Shown here piece by piece: positions 27,768 to 36,003 of a DNA stretch of 46,056 nucleotides. Origin of the DNA: a virus. Lineage: Duplodnaviria; Caudoviricetes. The stretch's first letter is position 1, and every line of letters starts with the position of its first letter. Both the position numbers and the translations under genes were made by a program. The stretch covers positions 1 through 46,056 of IMG/VR virus record IMGVR_UViG_3300038315_001610. One strand, 5' to 3'. Under the pieces are notes generated by a model, which worked only from the letters and a program-made list of their open reading frames with translations, had not been told where the DNA came from and did no database searches.

Positions 27768-28124
27768 TTAAATATCTTCTGGAATAGGATAGGGTTCGTC
27801 AACACAGAGAGTGTCGTTCTCTACATAACACAATTCGTAGACCTCTCCGTAGTAAGTTTCTGATATATTGTCCATGGCTCTCACAGCTTCGTCGCACACT
27901 CTTGGATCTTCATACTTAACGCAATGGATCATCCTCTCATGAAACGCTTTACATTGGACACATCTCAATTCAGTCATCAGGACTTCGTATTTGTCTCCGA
28001 GTTCTGCAACTGATTCATACATTTTGCCTTTTGCTCTGCTCTCATTTGGATAAATGAACAGAGTAACAACAAATAAAGTCATAAACATAATTAAGCCGAT
28101 GGTTGGTAACGTGTTTTTGTGCAT
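27768..28124 (-). CDS. Secreted/membrane-anchored Cys-rich protein
   Basis: N-terminal TM helix, six Cys. Confidence 0.7.
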   Translation of the reverse strand: MHKNTLPTIGLIMFMTLFVVTLFIYPNESRAKGKMYESVAELGDKYEVLMTELRCVQCKAFHERMIHCVKYEDPRVCDEAVRAMDNISETYYGEVYELCYVENDTLCVDEPYPIPEDI

Positions 28125-28145
28125 TTTTGTTTGGGGGGAAAAGAA

Positions 28146-28241
28146 TTAAATGCCATTGGATGCTAGACCTAGATTGAAAGCTAGGAATAGATACATACCT
28201 ATTATGATTATAGACATAATCAATTTTAGTGTGTTTCTCAT
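28146..28241 (-). CDS. 31-aa hydrophobic peptide
   Basis: MRNTLKLIMSIIIIGMYLFLAFNLGLASNGI; CCTCCCCC upstream. Confidence 0.55.
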   Translation of the reverse strand: MRNTLKLIMSIIIIGMYLFLAFNLGLASNGI

Positions 28242-28264
28242 GTTTGTTTGGGGGAGGAAATAAA

Positions 28265-28503
28265 TACCTCCAGATTGCGGGAGACTGTCTTCGACACCAC
28301 TCCTACTGGCTGAATGCCCAAGAGAAAATCCGTGGCATAGCGTTTGGTAGCTGGTCGGTTCGAGGCGCACAAGACGACCAGATGTTACCTCCTTCCAAAG
28401 AAGTTGGACTAGCCTGGCTTTAATCCGTTCTGCGAACGGAACCTCTCAGCCTCCCTGAATCTGGAGGCAGAAGAACCGATGGTGTCAAGGAACGATGCTC
28501 CTG
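28265..28503 (-). ncRNA. Candidate structured RNA / leader (RNA-A)
   Basis: Closing helix 28265-28287/28447-28469 plus four internal hairpins, directly downstream of a promoter. Confidence 0.6.
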
Positions 28504-28509
28504 AACTCT

Positions 28510-28538
28510 ATTATGCCTGATAAGGGTAAGGAAGGCAA
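28510..28538 (-). promoter_or_regulatory. Promoter TTGCCT-N17-CATAAT
   Basis: Member of the conserved promoter family. Confidence 0.75.
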
Positions 28539-28539
28539 C

Positions 28540-29505
28540 TCATTTTCTGGAAAGGAATTTTGTAGCCTCCACGAGTGTCTGTAACGGGAATGAGTGAAAG
28601 TCCCCTTGGGGGAATCCACCTCCGTCTCTCAGCTCTTTTTCTGCGCTGATCAACATCATTGCATCTTCGTACACATCTTCCAGTGATTTGCATTCTCCAT
28701 ATGGATAATCAATCTGAGGATCTTTGTGGTCTACATGTTCGTTGGAATCTAACAGTTTCTTTGCTTTCTCGATATGTTTATCGTAAATGTGCAGGCTGTT
28801 CGCCCTGTGAATATACCAGCCTACTGGCACATGCAACGCTGCAGCCATCGCTCTCTGCAGGAATGTGAACATCATCACATTGTGCGGAGTGCCATACCAG
28901 ATGTCATTGCTTCTCATTTGCCCAAAGCAGTGTAATTTGCCATCACGAATCAAGAATTGCAAATTGAGGGTGCAGGGAATGTCTTTGCTATTGCCATTGA
29001 CTACATCCCAAACTGGATTGTGGATTGTCAGCAATGCCCTACGGGAATCTGGGTCTTTTCTCAGAACATTGTAACAACGCTTGATCTGGCATTCGATCTC
29101 ACCATTGTCAAACACCACTTGATCTTCCAGTGGCGGATTGCGCAGGTGGATCCTGTCGCCATAGTTGCCATCAAATTCTTTGGTTTGTTCATTGTACGCC
29201 AGCTTCACCAGATTAGGTGCATACTTGATATGCGCAGTGGCAACATCTGTTTCACTTTGTGTCGTAAACAAATAGAATGGCTCTAACATCGCAAATGCAT
29301 AGCACAGCTTTCTCTCTTTCCAAGTGCACAAAGGCATGTTTGCAGGGATTGCAAAACCAGCATTGAGGATCTCTTTGGTTCCACCAAGAGAACTATCTGG
29401 TCTTGGGTGGACTATATCTCCATTGTGCACAATTGTTTGGATCATATCCTTGTATGCTTCGTTGAAGCTATCGTAAAATCTTGATGTTCCTAAGTAGTGG
29501 CTCAT
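28540..29505 (-). CDS. Thymidylate-synthase-family enzyme, probable dUMP hydroxymethylase
   Basis: DSRRA, DIPCT, MRSND, G.PHN (Asn = dUMP specificity), SLHIY; clustered with a 5hmdU kinase. Confidence 0.8.
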   Translation of the reverse strand: MSHYLGTSRFYDSFNEAYKDMIQTIVHNGDIVHPRPDSSLGGTKEILNAGFAIPANMPLCTWKERKLCYAFAMLEPFYLFTTQSETDVATAHIKYAPNLVKLAYNEQTKEFDGNYGDRIHLRNPPLEDQVVFDNGEIECQIKRCYNVLRKDPDSRRALLTIHNPVWDVVNGNSKDIPCTLNLQFLIRDGKLHCFGQMRSNDIWYGTPHNVMMFTFLQRAMAAALHVPVGWYIHRANSLHIYDKHIEKAKKLLDSNEHVDHKDPQIDYPYGECKSLEDVYEDAMMLISAEKELRDGGGFPQGDFHSFPLQTLVEATKFLSRK

Positions 29506-29508
29506 AGT

Positions 29509-29778
29509 TTAGAAGGGTAAATTGGGAGGAACTCCTCTTGTTTTTATCATAACTGATTCGTTTTCTTCGCTCAAATTTCTAATCTCTTCTGCCTTGAGAT
29601 ATTGCAGATACTTCTCGAGGTAGTGGATAGCCTTCTCAATGTCTTTGACAGGTGTGCCCTTGTGGCGGTGTCTTGCGATATACTTTGTGGCGCAGCCACA
29701 GAAATAATCCAGTCCCCAGTCAATGACCACATCCCAGTGCTCGTATTTGCCTTTGATGTAATGTGTGGGATTTTTCAT
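29509..29778 (-). CDS. DUF3310/SaV-like protein
   Basis: NPTHY..G.YE..D..G.A.KYI.R..HKG...DIEKA..YLE. Confidence 0.85.
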   Translation of the reverse strand: MKNPTHYIKGKYEHWDVVIDWGLDYFCGCATKYIARHRHKGTPVKDIEKAIHYLEKYLQYLKAEEIRNLSEENESVMIKTRGVPPNLPF

Positions 29779-29981
29779 TATTCTTGGGGAACTCTCATGT
29801 AAGGGTGGGCTGGCGTCGCCTTGCCATGTTTCTCCATGATGCAAGTGCAGGTCGTGTTAGGCTTGCCACATTCGCACCTGTCGGCTTTGTCAACAAGGGT
29901 GCGAAGATACTTGAGACGCTTCTTGTCTTTGCGCTTTTGCGCAAGACAAATCTGTGCGCCTAGGGAAAAGAGATTAACCAT
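29778..29981 (-). CDS. Hypothetical small basic Cys-containing protein
   Basis: CECGKP..TCTC; stop abuts the next ATG. Confidence 0.45.
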   Translation of the reverse strand: MVNLFSLGAQICLAQKRKDKKRLKYLRTLVDKADRCECGKPNTTCTCIMEKHGKATPAHPYMRVPQE

Positions 29982-30098
29982 GAGCAAAATTGAGGAATAA
30001 GTAAAACAAGTGTGTAAATTGTGAGAGGAATTGACAGAATTATAAACAGGTCTGTTGGCATCAGGCAAATGCCCATCCAATATGCTGGTAGTAACAAA

Positions 30099-31004
30099 TC
30101 ATGCAATTTCATCTTGTTTGAAGGGGGAATACAATGGGCGAAATCTGCCGACACCTTTTTTAATGTTGCAGTATTTTCCGTACTCGCACAAGCTATGTTC
30201 GATGTTTCTTAGTGTGAGATCTTTGCCTTCGTATTTGGGAAAATCCTTTGGAAGATAGTCCACCTGCGCATCACGCAGAAAATTCAGGAATAATGACAGG
30301 TCATTGTTCTTGGTTTTGTGGGTGAAATTTCTCTCTGGCGCAACATATTGCATCCCCACGACTGCTCCTGGACCGACGTTCACCCAATCATTCTCTGTCC
30401 ACATGTCTCCGCAATCTTCGTCTACGTTGATCATGTCGGTTGCAATCTCATAAGCGAGAAATGCTCCAACATGTTTTATTTGCTGTATCATCTTGTTGAA
30501 CTCTTCATACTCTGTGGCACTGGCGATGCTCAAAATTAAACACTCCATATCCATGTTATCCTCTTCCACAAATGGCTCCATCACTCTCCTCAGTTCATCT
30601 ATTCTTCTGTCTCCAGCTGGACAATTGCAGATTGTGCGATATGCTCCGCTGAATATCCTGACACCTTTGCTGTGCAGCCATTCCAACTTTGGAAAGAATT
30701 CATCCCAAGGGTCATCTATTGTTGGTATGCCACCAAGTGTTTCGAACACGCTAATGTTGTTGATAAATCTATACAACACAACTTGGTATATCTCGTTTGC
30801 AAACGAACCCTTTGGATCAATCCTCTCCCACAGGTACTGTGTCCCCTTATCCAACTCCCGATACACATTGGTAAACTTGTACAAACGAAGGATCATGTCA
30901 TCTGTCCATGGGTATGGCTCTTTCTCCACAAATCTGCGGTGCCACATCTTCTGGCGTTTGCCCACAAATTCGAAGAAGCCTTTGATGTCATTTGGTTCAT
31001 CCAT
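30099..31004 (-). CDS. 5-hmdU DNA kinase, helical type (aGPT-Pplase1 family)
   Basis: PWTDD.IL..YKFTNVYRELDKGT, YRFIN, G.FLAYEI.TD, GPGA..G, IEHSLCEY.KY. Confidence 0.85.
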   Translation of the reverse strand: MDEPNDIKGFFEFVGKRQKMWHRRFVEKEPYPWTDDMILRLYKFTNVYRELDKGTQYLWERIDPKGSFANEIYQVVLYRFINNISVFETLGGIPTIDDPWDEFFPKLEWLHSKGVRIFSGAYRTICNCPAGDRRIDELRRVMEPFVEEDNMDMECLILSIASATEYEEFNKMIQQIKHVGAFLAYEIATDMINVDEDCGDMWTENDWVNVGPGAVVGMQYVAPERNFTHKTKNNDLSLFLNFLRDAQVDYLPKDFPKYEGKDLTLRNIEHSLCEYGKYCNIKKGVGRFRPLYSPFKQDEIA

Positions 31005-31515
31005 GTCCTAAAGCAAGGGAACGTTCTTCTGCCCACTGTTCTCGACTTTTGGGGTGTTCATCCATTTCGAATATGAATTTAAGTTCTGGCTTCTTGCCAA
31101 CGTGGTGGTCATGCCACAAGCCATGGCTCATCGGTATAACCTCTCCTTCCAGTGTTGCGACACGATCGTAGACTGGCTTCTCCCCCCTGAAGAACTCTTC
31201 ACCGAGAACTGTAAGCACGTAGAGATCTGTCTTTCCTCCTCTTCTCGCATTGCCCAGTTTCCTCACAACCTTGAAGTATGCCAACTTGGCAAATTGGCTG
31301 TAAGAACTGGGATTGTCCCAACCGAATTTCTTCCACATCTGTCCTGTTGTCATCGGCTTCTTGTATTTGAACCAGTGCATGGCAAAGTCCACGAACTGAT
31401 CCCTCAACCTGAAGTTGAACAGGTGTTCGTACGGGACGATGTTCTTGGAAACCAATTGGGAATAGTTCTCGAAAGGCATTACAGCTGGGGGAACATGTTG
31501 CGAATAATGTGGCAT
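30997..31515 (-). CDS. Winged-helix-like protein
   Basis: SQFAKLAYFKVV...YVLTVLGEEF wing pattern; GGAGG precedes ATG 31515. Confidence 0.55.
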   Translation of the reverse strand: MPHYSQHVPPAVMPFENYSQLVSKNIVPYEHLFNFRLRDQFVDFAMHWFKYKKPMTTGQMWKKFGWDNPSSYSQFAKLAYFKVVRKLGNARRGGKTDLYVLTVLGEEFFRGEKPVYDRVATLEGEVIPMSHGLWHDHHVGKKPELKFIFEMDEHPKSREQWAEERSLALGHG

Positions 31516-31913
31516 TTCTTTGCCTCCTCTAGATCCAGATTCATTATGCCTGCGACTGCCCAAGCCCTGTCCAGCTGGGAAAGCGCAGAATCTATGTCTT
31601 CTTTCTTCTTTGGTTCTCTGCCAAACATTTTGTCTATCATCTCTTTTTCTTTCTCTTCGCCTTCAGGACTCATCTTTGGTTCGTATTCTGGTGCGGGATG
31701 CCCTTTGCCATTTATTACACCAACACTCACGAGGTATTCCTGAACTCTTGCAATGGTTGCCTCACGTGGTGTATTTTTCTTTTTGATAAAGCTGTAGAAG
31801 GTGGCAGGAGAATTATCAAATTTCATCAGCTGCATGAGCTGGTTCTTCCCCAGGCTTTCTTTGATCCTGTGCTTTTCAAGCATGTCAGCCAGCGCAACGT
31901 GTGATAACAACAT
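31479..31913 (-). CDS. XRE/Cro-like HTH regulator
   Basis: LGKNQLMQLM..SPATFYSFIKKKNTPREATIARV. Confidence 0.65.
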   Translation of the reverse strand: MLLSHVALADMLEKHRIKESLGKNQLMQLMKFDNSPATFYSFIKKKNTPREATIARVQEYLVSVGVINGKGHPAPEYEPKMSPEGEEKEKEMIDKMFGREPKKKEDIDSALSQLDRAWAVAGIMNLDLEEAKKCHIIRNMFPQL

Positions 31914-31918
31914 GAAAA

Positions 31919-32260
31919 TTAGGGGTAGTGAATAGAAACAACATCTTCAGCACGTACGCCCATGGTGAGCAGGGCTGAAGAGGGGTCAGGCGGTTTCTGG
32001 TTATGCCATTCTCGGATCCTCTCCTCTGGCACATTGACCTGCACAGTTGCAAGAATTTCATTTATTATTGCTCTTGCTATGTCTTGGTCACTCTTTGCAG
32101 CCATCTCATCCAAGAAACAGGGGATCATCCCTTTTGGTGGATAAATGTAACCATCGACTTTGTGCCAAGGATCAACGATGTCCTCGGGAAACAGATCTGC
32201 GCCACCATCCAGATCCTCAGCAGCATCCCTGTCCAAATTGATGTAAGCAGTTTTCTTCAT
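31919..32260 (-). CDS. Hypothetical acidic protein
   Basis: Start overlaps the glycosyltransferase stop. Confidence 0.55.
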   Translation of the reverse strand: MKKTAYINLDRDAAEDLDGGADLFPEDIVDPWHKVDGYIYPPKGMIPCFLDEMAAKSDQDIARAIINEILATVQVNVPEERIREWHNQKPPDPSSALLTMGVRAEDVVSIHYP

Positions 32261-33093
32261 CAGATTTCGGGGAAAAGAGATAATTGGTTTTCCATTTGTT
32301 GCTTCCATTGTTCAACTTGCTTAACAGAATGCAACCTCAACTGTATATCACTGCCCTCTGGTGTGCTTTTGTTCTTTTTCCAGCGGAACAGATTCGGGTA
32401 CTTGTCCATCAGTTTCAGGCACTCCTCTCTCCTCCTCTGCAATCTGGAATCAAGAGAACCCAAACCACCTTTCTCGTAATGTGGCGCACCTGGGAACAGA
32501 TACTTGTTGACCAGCACTCTGCCAAATAGTTTGAGATGCTCTGCTGTGAACAGAACCTCGTCTCTCATTGGGAACTCTGGATCAAATTTGATGCGGGAAT
32601 CTTTTTTAATGAGGCACAACTTGGTGCTGATGTAGCTCACATCGCTCCATTTGCGTCTGCCGAAGAAGGGATTGGAGTTGCTTCTGAATCCACAGAATTT
32701 GGCACCACGTTTGTCTGCCTCATGCAGCGTTTCAGCAAATACAGCCAAGCCCTGCGCAGAAGAAATGTCAACCTCTTTAGTTATGCCCTCCTCGTCCAGC
32801 TCTGGCATATCATACCAAGGCATGGAAATGCAACGATACTTGCGGATGTTGTCGTCAGCCATGGTAATCCACTCATCCTCCTCAACCAAGTTGTCTAATA
32901 TCCACTGCCTCTTCTTGGCAAGGTTGCCGACAATTCCTGACACAACGATATTGTATCCCTCCAGACTATCGTTCTTGGAGTATAGGTCGAACTGCTCCTG
33001 ATTGCTCAGAACGATGGTTGTGGAATCTGGGGGGAACAGCTTGTGTGTTCGTATTGTTTCGTGCCTATTGTAGGAGGGGATTATTGTTCGCAT
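32260..33093 (-). CDS. GT-A glycosyltransferase, TAGT/GREB1-like (DNA base glycosylation)
   Basis: IIPSYNR, KRQWILD, ADDN (DxD-like), RDE, GGL..R, KYP. Confidence 0.75.
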   Translation of the reverse strand: MRTIIPSYNRHETIRTHKLFPPDSTTIVLSNQEQFDLYSKNDSLEGYNIVVSGIVGNLAKKRQWILDNLVEEDEWITMADDNIRKYRCISMPWYDMPELDEEGITKEVDISSAQGLAVFAETLHEADKRGAKFCGFRSNSNPFFGRRKWSDVSYISTKLCLIKKDSRIKFDPEFPMRDEVLFTAEHLKLFGRVLVNKYLFPGAPHYEKGGLGSLDSRLQRRREECLKLMDKYPNLFRWKKNKSTPEGSDIQLRLHSVKQVEQWKQQMENQLSLFPEI

Positions 33094-33344
33094 GATTCAG
33101 CAAGTTCAAACATTTTAGCAACAACATTGCGCATAACGTTTTCATCTGTCCCATTTTTAATTTCACACATGAACAGATTCTCTTTTGAACCTGTTAGAGC
33201 ACAAACATACAGACCTTCCTCATCTTTTTTGAAGTTAATTGGGAAGGCATTAAGTAGAACACCGCATGATTTTGCAGCATCTGTGGCTTCTTTGCAGAGG
33301 AAGCATCCTCTATGCGGTTTCTTGGGATCGAAGGGATTTATCAT
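33081..33344 (-). CDS. Hypothetical Cys-containing protein
   Basis: First gene after the promoter; TTTTCCCCC upstream. Confidence 0.6.
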   Translation of the reverse strand: MINPFDPKKPHRGCFLCKEATDAAKSCGVLLNAFPINFKKDEEGLYVCALTGSKENLFMCEIKNGTDENVMRNVVAKMFELAESCEQ

Positions 33345-33370
33345 ATTGCTCGGGGGAAAATAACATGCCT

Positions 33371-33398
33371 ATTATGCCTCGTAGGTGTAAGGAGGCAA
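33371..33398 (-). promoter_or_regulatory. Promoter TTGCCT-N16-CATAAT heading the DNA-modification operon
   Basis: Conserved family; CCT-ACG-AGG in the spacer. Confidence 0.75.
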
Positions 33399-33402
33399 TC
33401 AA

Positions 33403-33624
33403 TCACTCTTGCTTTTCTTCTTTTCCATTGCCCTGCGTTCTTACGCTCTGGGAGAAATAAAACATCTCAGCTAACGCTTTCACTTGTTCCTCAGTTATTA
33501 TCTCAACATGCAAAGCTGTGGCTATTTGCCTCATAACGTGTTGCTCATCATGTTCTGCCTGAACCATTATTACTAATTGCCTGTAGTCTGTTATCTCATC
33601 TTGTTCCACGTTTGAATAGTTCAA
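33403..33624 (-). CDS. Hypothetical protein (start uncertain)
   Basis: Fills the operon gap. Confidence 0.45.
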   Translation of the reverse strand: MNYSNVEQDEITDYRQLVIMVQAEHDEQHVMRQIATALHVEIITEEQVKALAEMFYFSQSVRTQGNGKEEKQE

Positions 33625-33823
33625 GAAACAATTGCCATTTACTTGCCGAAATCCTCTCTATCCTTGCCATCATGTGCTGTGTTAGTTCGCTCTCCATTCC
33701 TCTTTGTGCCCAAAGCGCAATCATTGAGTTTATCCTTGATACAGCCTCAGCCTCGCTTTCCGGAGGCTCTTGAATTATATCTTCACGTCTGCACGTTCTT
33801 GGTGCTAGTTTCTTATCAGTCAT
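33596..33823 (-). CDS. Hypothetical protein
   Basis: ATG 33823 (MTDKKLAP) overlaps the upstream stop. Confidence 0.5.
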   Translation of the reverse strand: MTDKKLAPRTCRREDIIQEPPESEAEAVSRINSMIALWAQRGMESELTQHMMARIERISASKWQLFLELFKRGTR

Positions 33824-33956
33824 CGTCAGAATGAGGAATAGATTTAGCTGGTCTTCTTTCCATGTAATAGACAAATAAGCCAACCGCACACAGGAGGATG
33901 AATAGTAATGCTGAGATTAGCAATGTTATGCCGATGATGCCAATAACTTTGTCCAC
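33816..33956 (-). CDS. Small membrane peptide (46 aa, GTG start, not in track)
   Basis: MDKVIGIIGITLLISALLFILLCAVGLFVYYMERR... Confidence 0.55.
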   Translation of the reverse strand: MDKVIGIIGITLLISALLFILLCAVGLFVYYMERRPAKSIPHSDDD

Positions 33957-33970
33957 AACAGTTGAAAGAA

Positions 33971-34174
33971 TTAAACAGGTTTCTCTGCTTCTTCAAGTTG
34001 AACACCTAACGACTTATACGCTTCAAAGTCTTGCTTGTTCAGAGTCTTGCGACCTGCAAGCAATGTGTGCGCAACTTGAAATTCAGATTCCAAGGGGTAT
34101 ATCAAAGGGTTTCCGTAAACCTTATCGGAGTAGTAGTGGAATTTTTTCTGAGCTTTGGGTTTGGGGGATGCCAT
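33971..34174 (-). CDS. Hypothetical protein
   Basis: 67 aa; KVYGN.LIYP..L.G.KTL pattern; promoter and CCCCC motif upstream. Confidence 0.7.
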   Translation of the reverse strand: MASPKPKAQKKFHYYSDKVYGNPLIYPLESEFQVAHTLLAGRKTLNKQDFEAYKSLGVQLEEAEKPV

Positions 34175-34209
34175 AATATGCTGGGGGTAGAGGTGTTGTG
34201 GGTAACGGG

Positions 34210-34237
34210 ATTATGCCTGAGAGGTGTAGTAAAGCAA
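34210..34237 (-). promoter_or_regulatory. Promoter TTGCTT-N16-CATAAT
   Basis: Conserved family; CCT-CTC-AGG in the spacer. Confidence 0.75.
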
Positions 34238-34243
34238 GACAAT

Positions 34244-35230
34244 TTACATGCAACATTCTGTTATTTGCGGGCATTGTTTCAACATCATTTGATAAAACAA
34301 TTCTCGTTCCTCAATTCGGGTTAAATCAAAACGTAAAACAGAACCATCAGGAAATATGTAGTGATTGCAACACCCAATTTTTGTCGGATAAGGCAAGCCA
34401 TATTGTTTAAAAGCATATCTAGTGCCACCAAATCTGTCTACCAGGAGCGCAGCAATGCGCTTCCCCCTATTGTGCGCTCTGGGCAATTCTTTGTTCACTC
34501 TTATAAATTCCATGGTTCGATACTTTAGCTGAGCGGGGCAGGTTCCTTTTTTGTTCTGTTCGGCAAACTGTTTCTTCAATGGCTTGCCCTTTCTTGCCTC
34601 GGCACGTTTTCGTCTAGCTTCTTTTGTCCATTTGTAAATGGGCTTTTTTCTGCCTTCTAGGAATGTTTTAGTTGTTGCCAAAGAAAAGGCATCACTCACT
34701 AATCCCGAGGTTAAATTCAAGCCATAGCATTTTTTGTATTCTCGGGCTGTCATCCCAACACAAGATTTGACGTGCATCGGCGAAAGGCTTTTCATCCATT
34801 GTCCGCATTTGTGACATTGCACAAGTTGTCTGTCATCAGTTTGCACAAGCAATCCCCAATAGCCATGCTCCCCTTTCACTGGCATTAATGGTCTCTTGGC
34901 GACCCCAATGTATGCTTTTCCAGTTGGGCTTTCAGGATATTCGATTATTTTGTCAGCATAATGTTTTTCTTTGCCTTCAAATGAAGGTAAATCCATAGTG
35001 GTTTTTCTTTTTGCTTGGTGAGTTGCGCATTTACATCTACCTTTCACCGCATTATTGACACAACCAGCAAAATTGCATTTTTTGGTGGGTTGGTTGGCTG
35101 CCCAATTCTTCACATATTCCTTCCTACACTTTTTGCACATGCTCATGTATCCATCTCTGTATCTTTCATCTTTAGCAAACGAATGAATTGCCTTCTGCTT
35201 GCCACATTTGTTGCAAAGTTTTTTCTTCAT
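34244..35230 (-). CDS. Multi-zinc-finger DNA-binding protein with ROS/MucR-like domain (start uncertain)
   Basis: CNKC..CKKC, C..GC..C..H, CHKCG.WMKSL..H...GMTAREYKK.YGL. Confidence 0.65.
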   Translation of the reverse strand: MKKKLCNKCGKQKAIHSFAKDERYRDGYMSMCKKCRKEYVKNWAANQPTKKCNFAGCVNNAVKGRCKCATHQAKRKTTMDLPSFEGKEKHYADKIIEYPESPTGKAYIGVAKRPLMPVKGEHGYWGLLVQTDDRQLVQCHKCGQWMKSLSPMHVKSCVGMTAREYKKCYGLNLTSGLVSDAFSLATTKTFLEGRKKPIYKWTKEARRKRAEARKGKPLKKQFAEQNKKGTCPAQLKYRTMEFIRVNKELPRAHNRGKRIAALLVDRFGGTRYAFKQYGLPYPTKIGCCNHYIFPDGSVLRFDLTRIEERELFYQMMLKQCPQITECCM

Positions 35231-35254
35231 GGCACTCGGGGTAATAAATAAATT

Positions 35255-35462
35255 GGGAGCCTCGTGGGTATTCATTGGGGGAATCACCCCCCATTGCCTT
35301 CCAGACATACCTCTCCCGATGAAAATTCAGGTTCGGCTCCCGTGGGTGCTAGGAGATCACACCAAGTAGCAGTGTCCGCAAAGCTCAGAGCCATCTTCTT
35401 GGCACACTATCGAGAAGAGGTTGACCGCAGAAAAATCTGCACCACTGCTACTCACTATGATC
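35255..35462. ncRNA. Candidate structured RNA (RNA-C)
   Basis: 10-bp helix 35365-35374/35443-35452 enclosing two hairpins, plus further stems. Confidence 0.45.
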
Positions 35463-35473
35463 GAAAAGAACAA

Positions 35474-35626
35474 TCAGATAAGGGTATGACATGGGCATTC
35501 ACAAGGTTCATCGATTGCTCCATTCTCAACTGCTGTGCCCATGTCATCTGGTCGGCAGTCAAGCTCGAGACCGCAGTGCCTGCAGAGCATGTCACTGCAA
35601 CAGCCTTCGAAGTCGTATTCATCCAT
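35474..35626 (-). CDS. 50-aa acidic Cys-rich peptide (not in track)
   Basis: MDEYDFEGCCSDMLCRHCGLELDC...PCECPCHTLI; TTCCCCCTTTCCCC upstream. Confidence 0.55.
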   Translation of the reverse strand: MDEYDFEGCCSDMLCRHCGLELDCRPDDMGTAVENGAIDEPCECPCHTLI

Positions 35627-35653
35627 ATTGAATTGGGGAAAGGGGGAATAAAA

Positions 35654-35971
35654 TTATCTATCGCTTGGTGGGGAGTAGAATGACCAACCGTATTCTTTGT
35701 TGTAATCCATGATTGTTGAACCGTAGTATCCAACAGTAACGTATTCGCCTGTCTCGGAATCGTATTCCTGTTCGGACAACCCGATATAGGCTTGCCCAAC
35801 ACCTGAGGGCATGTGGTTTTGCACATGGTTCACAGCATTTATTACCGCTGATGCAAGGGATTGGTATTTTCCTATCTCTTCAAACTGTGCATCGCCATCT
35901 TTCGGGGGTGCACTGACCGTCACGTTAAATATTTGTTTGGTTGCCTTTGGTGTGGAAGTGGATTTCTCCAT
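35654..35971 (-). CDS. Hypothetical early protein
   Basis: First gene after the 36004 promoter; TTTTCCCCC upstream. Confidence 0.7.
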   Translation of the reverse strand: MEKSTSTPKATKQIFNVTVSAPPKDGDAQFEEIGKYQSLASAVINAVNHVQNHMPSGVGQAYIGLSEQEYDSETGEYVTVGYYGSTIMDYNKEYGWSFYSPPSDR

Positions 35972-36003
35972 AATGAATTGGGGGAAAATAAAAGAACACA
36001 CTC

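Noticed and set aside
28351-28381. tRNA suggested by GGTTCGA (also GGTTCGG at about 35330)
   Set aside because: No T-stem pairing, cloverleaf or acceptor stem.
31543-31571. Sixth leftward CAGGCATAAT promoter
   Set aside because: It lies inside a CDS and has no TTGCYT at 16-17 nt spacing.
35365-35452. Hammerhead ribozyme
   Set aside because: The CUGANGA/GAAA core is not present in the junction on either strand.
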